Source of the DNA: Leidyana gryllorum EB-2025a
Lineage: Eukaryota; Protista; Apicomplexa
DNA length: 64,000 nt
NCBI GenBank assembly: GCA_048772705.1
Contig: JBLWGC010000202.1
Span: 124,001 to 188,000, forward strand
Reading direction: 5' to 3'
The translations under genes and the position numbers were made by a program. Of this stretch, positions 57,857-64,000 are shown in pieces. The notes below the pieces were generated by a model, which saw nothing but the letters and a program-made list of their open reading frames with translations, did no database searches and was not told the origin of the DNA. How positions within the stretch are numbered: position 1 is the first letter of the stretch; every line of letters begins with the position of its first letter.

Positions 57857-60642
57857 CTACGCGAAAGAAAACACCTGCGAAAAGGAGAGACATGGGTACT
57901 TTGTCTGGCCGAGCTCACTTTGAATAGTTGACAACAAGAACGTGCGATAGACGATCGACGAAAAAGAAGACCCCCTCCACTCACGATGGCAAGCATTGTT
58001 GTTTAGGGGTTGCGGGTGAGGAGTGGCGTAAACACGAAGTCGAGCTGCCCGCTCGGTTGAGTCTCCTCGTCGTTTCCCGCTCAGAACTGGCGGTTGAACT
58101 GCTTTCGGGGTGGTACATTAGAGTCTTCTCTTCCCCCACTAGAACTTGAACGGCGCGTAACTCGGTCAAAACAGCGTCGTTGAAGCCATTCAATTGCGTT
58201 ATCAGCTCGTACTGGTCCACTATAATATCCAACAGCGCCGCCGTGGCCGCCGTCTCGCCACCAGCCGGAGGCGGAGAACTCACACGCGGGGTCGACGTGC
58301 ACAGCAAATGAGCCAACGGATGTGGCGAACTCGACGACAGATCGGCATCACTCACAAATGGCGATGAACCTCGGCTCGTCGCCTCCATCAATGTCGACCA
58401 CGGCTGCTTCGCAGGAGACGCCGTCTCCCCCGCCGTCGCCTGACAGTCCCCCGCTGGTGTCGTACCATCCAAACTCGCACCTGTCGCCGGCGCCTTCCGA
58501 ACCTTCTCCGGTGTGGCCGGCAATGGGGATTCACTTGCCACTGCTGCAGCCGCCGTCGCCCTCACCAACGACGGACTCTCCGGCGGCTGCCGAAACGCGT
58601 GCTGAATCAATTTCCGCTTCTGCAGCATGAACATTTGGTCCGCCGCCCCGGACGAACCATGCGCAACCGCCAGCGACTCAGACTCTCCGCCTGCACGAGA
58701 AGACACTGGCGTACGCATCGCCGCCTCACCTGGCGACATACCCATCACCGACCGCTCGAATGTCTGCCGCCGCAACTTGTCCCGAATGGGCGTCGAGATC
58801 GCCGATAATGCGGAACCTATTGTCTTCCGACTAAACATTGCGGCCGGGCCTGTCAAACCGCTACCACTACTAGATGCTGTAGTGGACGGACTACCAGCCA
58901 GCAAATATCCTTGAGAGGGAGACCGTCCACTAATTACGCGAGGTGTGCTCGGCGTCTTCTCACGCAACCGCCGCAGTGCGCGAGCTTCTTCAGCCAAGTC
59001 CTGAATGACAGAAAGCAATTCTAATGAGGCACTCCGCCATCAGACACACGGCAAACGTAGATCAATCACAAAGGAGAATCTGAGCGTAGCGCACAATGTG
59101 CAGTGCATTTGCGATCACCATGTGCGCATTGCACTGTGCACTAGCGATCGCTCATGTGCGCATGGCACTGGTGTGCACTGGCGATCACCACTTGCATGAT
59201 GCAAGCCCACTCATGATTGCAGTGTGATCACACTTGCAAGGTGCTATGAACTTACGGCCAATGCGGGGTGCTTTTCACGGTGAAACTCCTCCAAAGCTTT
59301 AGCGGACTCTAAGCACCGAATCATTGCAATCACTTTGCGGTTGACTTGGGACATGGCGTTAAGGGCCTGGTCTCGCGCAGCTCTGAATTGTTCTGCGGAG
59401 CGAAGTGCTTCGCAGGCGGCACAAGACGCTTCTTCGAAATCACTTGTCGGCTGCATGAGTGTGGAACCGCGTCGGGTAGGGATACTGGAGTTCAATGGGG
59501 AGTTGTCCTCGTCAGCTGAGGTGTTCATCGAGATATTGGAGTTTCTCCTGCGAGTACGTATGTGTGGAATATGAGGCCCATCCTGAGAGGACATTGATGA
59601 GGACGGCGTGTAGCGCCTTTTCGGCCGCGGGTCGACAGTTGCTGACCGCTTCGTAGCGGTACGGAAGGCGGGGACAACGGCTTCGGTTCCGTTCGACCGC
59701 CCGCGGTAGTCGTCTGATGACTTGTCCGCAGCTTCCACGGAAGCTGCCCGCGGCAGCGATCGGAACGAATTCAAGGGAGTCTCATGTCTCCTAGCTTTAG
59801 GGGGCGCCGTCATGGCAGCCTGGCTGAATTGCCGCTCCAAAGCCTTGAACGCCTAAGAAGAATGATTAAATACGTTGCTCGCCTTTCCAGCAGGAGCGTC
59901 AATCAGGGGGGGGAGTGTATCGAGTGTATCACCACCGCCGCCGGGGAGCTCCTCGGATGGTCCCAGCGACAGAGGTGATGAGTAAATGGACAAACGGTCT
60001 CCACGGGGCGCAGGGAGGTGTTCAAATCGAATAGCGGTTAACGGGAAAGTCAGCTGCTTACCTCGAGCTTCTCTCGGAAAGACTTGCGCATCTCCTCGCT
60101 ACTTATGCTGAGGGCCTGGACATTGCGGTTGTGTGGCTTCTGTAAGAGGTGTGATCTGAGATTGCGTTGCAGAGTGGTCTTTGTTACCTGGGCAGCGGGT
60201 GGGGGGGTGACAGCATTGTTCGTGCGGTGGTCAGTTCGCCTCGCAGCTTTGACTTCTTCATCTTCGCTATCTGATGAGTGGTAATATTGGTCGCCAGGTG
60301 AGTGCAAATGCATTTTACTTTGAAAAGCGGTGCGTCTCGATGATCGCCGATGAAGATAAGTCACCGTTGGAGAGTTGTTTGAGTGGTCGGTGTCGTCGCG
60401 CCAAGTGGGTGGTGGGACGGAGACACGTCTGCGCTATGGGTGGATGTTTTGGTCTGAATGTGGAGGCGTACACTAACACGGCTGACGATGGGCGGCGGTG
60501 CCGCCCCGCAGGAAGAGCTAGAGGTGTGGCTGTTGACGGGCAATAGGAAAGAAGCAGTGCTAAATTGTTCAAGCGGACTAAATACCACCGGGGAAGCGTC
60601 GGGGCTCCGCGTATAGCGTAGAGAACTTCGACGACGGGCCAT
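57857..60642 (-). CDS. Uncharacterised multi-exon Ser/Pro-rich protein with short coiled coils; ends approximate
   Basis: ORFs 59244-59840 and 57981-59018 join in phase 0 through a 255-nt intron (59255-59001). Further exons probably lie at 60050-60642. Confidence 0.55.
59091..59244. repeat. Degenerate ~33-bp tandem repeat and dense palindrome cluster, intronic
   Basis: Units GTGCAnnnGCGATC..CATGTGCGCAT.GCACT. Perfect palindromes AGCGATCGCT, AGTGTGATCACACT and CTTGCAAG, plus the hairpin CTTGCAT-G-ATGCAAG. Confidence 0.75.
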
Positions 60643-60718
60643 CTCTTTACGATAGCATGCCTTCAATAACAGGGACTTGTTAACATTTTCAGACCAGTCC
60701 CAGAGGCCAGCGGCATAA

Positions 60719-62403
60719 TCACACCATCTCGACCAGATTCTTCCGGGTCCGACTCGAGGACGATTCGACTCGCTGCACCTCGTAACGCCCTGTGTAACAC
60801 AGCCGATCCAACTCGGTCACTCCCTTCAGCACTCTCTCGTCCCTCACAGGGAGCGGTATGAACCTGGGGCGGCCGTATGTAAGACACCATCGATCACCCA
60901 GCCACACACGCAAAGGCGAGCGCTCAGAGTCAGCCGCCAATCAATTCGACACGTACACAGACAGACAGAAACACACAGAGTCCCTCCCCCCTCTCCCACG
61001 AACCACACACCCGCTGCTTACCAACTGATCCATCGCGGGCTTCCCAAGGTATCACGAAGATTTTCCAATTTGCTCTTCTTAATGCCTCCGAAAGGTCGAC
61101 TCTCCTCATCTGGAGGTGACGGCTGATGATCGGGTGATGCCACTACGGTCCGAGGTATACGACTTCCGATGGTCGCCTCCTCCAGCTGCAAGGTGTCGAT
61201 GCCTGGTCGCCCACAATGGTGTTCGGAACAACAGATTCGCTTACTGGTGTGACCACTCAATGCGCAACTGATCTGCTCTCCGAGTATGACGCTAGTGAAG
61301 ATCAGAAATATCAATGCCTCTAAGCCCAATGCCTACAGGAGAACAGTGTTTTGGGACACACACCCACGCACCCAACTCGCCCTTACCAGTGTGCAAACTG
61401 TCCCGGCGACACTAATCCCGCACTACACACAGAGAGAGAGGTTAACATTCAGTCACCAACTTATCGACTTACGGTATCTTCGAACGAATGATACCGGGCG
61501 TACCGTCGGATACGTCTTCGTCGTTTATGGTCGCGAGTAAGAGCCATCTGTCTAACATTGTCAAGGGGTTTGATGTCCATCATGAGCTGTCGCCGTCGCG
61601 CAGCTTCATCAAAATCGGGTTCAGCAAGTGCTGTCAACGGCAGGGGAGGGGTCATCAAAGGGGCAACAGAAGGGGTTAGATGTGCCGCTGCCGCAGCTGC
61701 ACCCAGGAGTGGTTCTGGCGCAAGTTGGAACTTCGCAACCGGTGTCGGGGGAGTCTGATAAGAGCGACAATGCACCAGCCGTCCAATCACCACGCCTCCG
61801 GAGAAGAGAGAAAGTAGACCAACATACTGATCGTCGCAATTAGTCAGGGAAGTCGAGCTGTTATAAACGAATACTCACGAATGAGAATAACATAAAGTGC
61901 TTTGTGTTCCGCATTCCAACACAATTGTTGACCCATGGACAGTGGTGGTCCATACGCAACACACAACGTTTACATACGGAACAGTGATGCGCTTTCGGCG
62001 GTTTCCATTCGTCACACTTCTTGCACCATCGCATAGGTGGTTTCAGGTTGGACGGTGAAGGCGAGCTTACAACTGCCGCCAAACCGCGATCAGAGGAGCG
62101 AGGCAGGTACCCGGGTTCGATCAGGGCGGTCGCTGCGTGTGCCCACAGAGCCATAATTGCCAATACGCCAAACAGAACGCTCAGAACCACTTTGAGCGCC
62201 AGCGGCCTACGCTACATAGCAGTGGTGGAAACGAATGGGAGGCATTACCATTGTGCGGTATATACCAGATGATAATTAACGACATATGCTGCGAATCCCA
62301 CCAGCCCATAAGTCTGCGTAATTAAATGGATGGATAAGATTTCTCAACTACCACTTACGACTGTGACGGCCACGACGCCGCAGGCATCTAATAAGAAACG
62401 CAT
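60719..62403 (-). CDS. DHHC palmitoyltransferase, multi-exon
   Basis: [41 protein letters not shown] motif, N-terminal [11 protein letters not shown], and C-terminal NLRDTLG..WFIP across a splice junction. Confidence 0.92.
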
Positions 62404-62433
62404 CTCGTTGTGGTCACACGTGGCTATTCACAC

Positions 62434-64000
62434 TCATTGCTCGTTCTTCCCGCCCAAATTTTGTGTCGCTATCTGCTCACGAGCATCCGCTAGGAACTTC
62501 TGAATACGAGCTTTCAGCTCCGGCTCGGGAATCAGCTCAGCTTTCGTCAACGGGGCACTGCAGAGACAGTCAGTCTTTAAGGGGCGCAAAAACATGCAAC
62601 CTCACCGGTTGAAGGGATCGAACTCTTCCGACATCAAATGCCGCTCAATCACCTTCCGCTCCACAATCACACCGGAAGCGGGGAGACGCACTGGATCGGT
62701 CATAATGTCGCTCATGATGGGATCCAAGAACTCATCCGGCACTTCTGTGCTCAGCATTGTGGAAGTCAACGCCTTGGACTCTGCATATTTCTCCGCACAA
62801 AGCACTTCCAACGCCGCAAATTCATCCACTGCGACTTTTCCTAATATACCCTCGCGACGGAGAATCTTCACCGCTTTGGCAAACAGCTCCGGCTTATAGT
62901 ACCGCTCCTCATCGACGATTTGACTGGCAACCTGCGCTTGACTCTCAGCTGCAAACAAAGATGGCTCATAAGAGAAAGAACAGAAGATTCTAGACACTCA
63001 TCACACACCATTCACACCACTCAGACTCACCGTCTTTTCCAGCGAGGGCACAATATACCAAACACAGACTGGCGAGCAGTTCTCTCGGCTTGAAATTATA
63101 TGCTGCAAAGTTAGACACCTTGAGCTCCAAGCATCTGGGCCCGACCAAACTATTCATACAGCTGTTCAGATACAAGACGAGCTGTTGACTGAGCACTTCG
63201 GATCGTCGAATGAAATCAGCGGAGTGCGGCATCAGCTTTTTGAGTACTTCCAGACTCACATATCCTCCATCCATCAGACTCTTGCAGTGGCTGATCAGTT
63301 CCTCCATAGGCATTTCGGAAACGTTCCGATTCCCTTCCAACGCTTCGGCCATGTTGTCCTCCTCATTTGAGCCGTCCTCCCGTTGCTGATCTTCGTTCGC
63401 GGCCCGATGTCTGGCACGATCTCTTAAGGCATCGATCTGAGTTTGCTGCGTGCCTCCATTTTCGCTGGCTGAATTTGCCGGCGGGTTGGCCTCTTTCTTC
63501 TTGATTTCTGCCAGAGAAGTCAAACCCTCTTCCAAAACCCAACTCGCGTTGCTCCCAAAGTAGTGAAGGAACCTTTCAAATACCTCCGGATCGGACACAC
63601 TCAGATGTTTCATCTTCTGAATAAAGTCGGGATCATCCAACAAACGCTGCAGCTCTCGAGTTAACACCAGTCTCATCTCAATTCGTTGATAGTAGGTGGC
63701 TGTTGAGAGATGCATCGTCGTCTCGTACGCTTTTCAGACGGAGATCTCACCTTTGTGGCACTCGATGAAGCTCACTACCAGTGCCTGTGCCAGGTGCTGG
63801 CTGAACGACCACGTTCGTGTCATCGTCTCCGATAGGTGTTTGGGGATGGAGAGTGCCAACAAGTTGTGGCCCGCCGCTTCCAACTTGAGAGAATGGTGGA
63901 TGAAACGGTGGGGATCTATAAGGATGAAGATCATCGCCCCCGCAAGGAGCTCTGCAGTTGGTGGAACGAACAGTCGATCAGCACGCCGCATGTTCTCCTA
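62434..64000 (-). CDS. UFD2: U-box ubiquitin conjugation factor E4 (UFD2/UBE4), 3' part
   Basis: [32 protein letters not shown], and U-box [54 protein letters not shown]. Confidence 0.92.

Overview
This is eukaryotic nuclear DNA from a compact, gene-dense protist genome. It has short GT-AG spliceosomal introns, mostly about 45-100 nt. The kinesin-13 motifs resemble apicomplexan sequences as I recall them, so an apicomplexan or gregarine-like alveolate is plausible but unproven. The window has two compartments. (1) 1-30.6 kb is accessory. It holds three divergent F-box/LRR-like paralogs sharing an unrecognised C-terminal domain, then a head-to-tail array of ten intronless minus-strand paralogs of about 700-730 aa (8 intact, 2 pseudogenes) from a family I do not recognise. 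The array has an invariant N-terminal LWPLEV leader, an apparent internally repeated domain, a hypervariable central patch, segmental mosaicism between copies and a conserved upstream non-coding block. It is the best candidate here for an undescribed diversified effector or host-interaction system. (2) 34-64 kb is intron-rich housekeeping DNA: cullin, NKAP, UCH-L3, kinesin-13, a WW-Yip1 fusion, a RING/TRAF-type protein, a calycin-like protein, a DHHC palmitoyltransferase, a UFD2 U-box ligase and several unknowns. Intergenic gaps are as short as 17-75 nt, one pair of same-strand CDSs overlaps, and three unusually long introns each contain a different repeat. I saw no rRNA, tRNA, CRISPR array or intact mobile element. 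Exon boundaries were inferred by eye.
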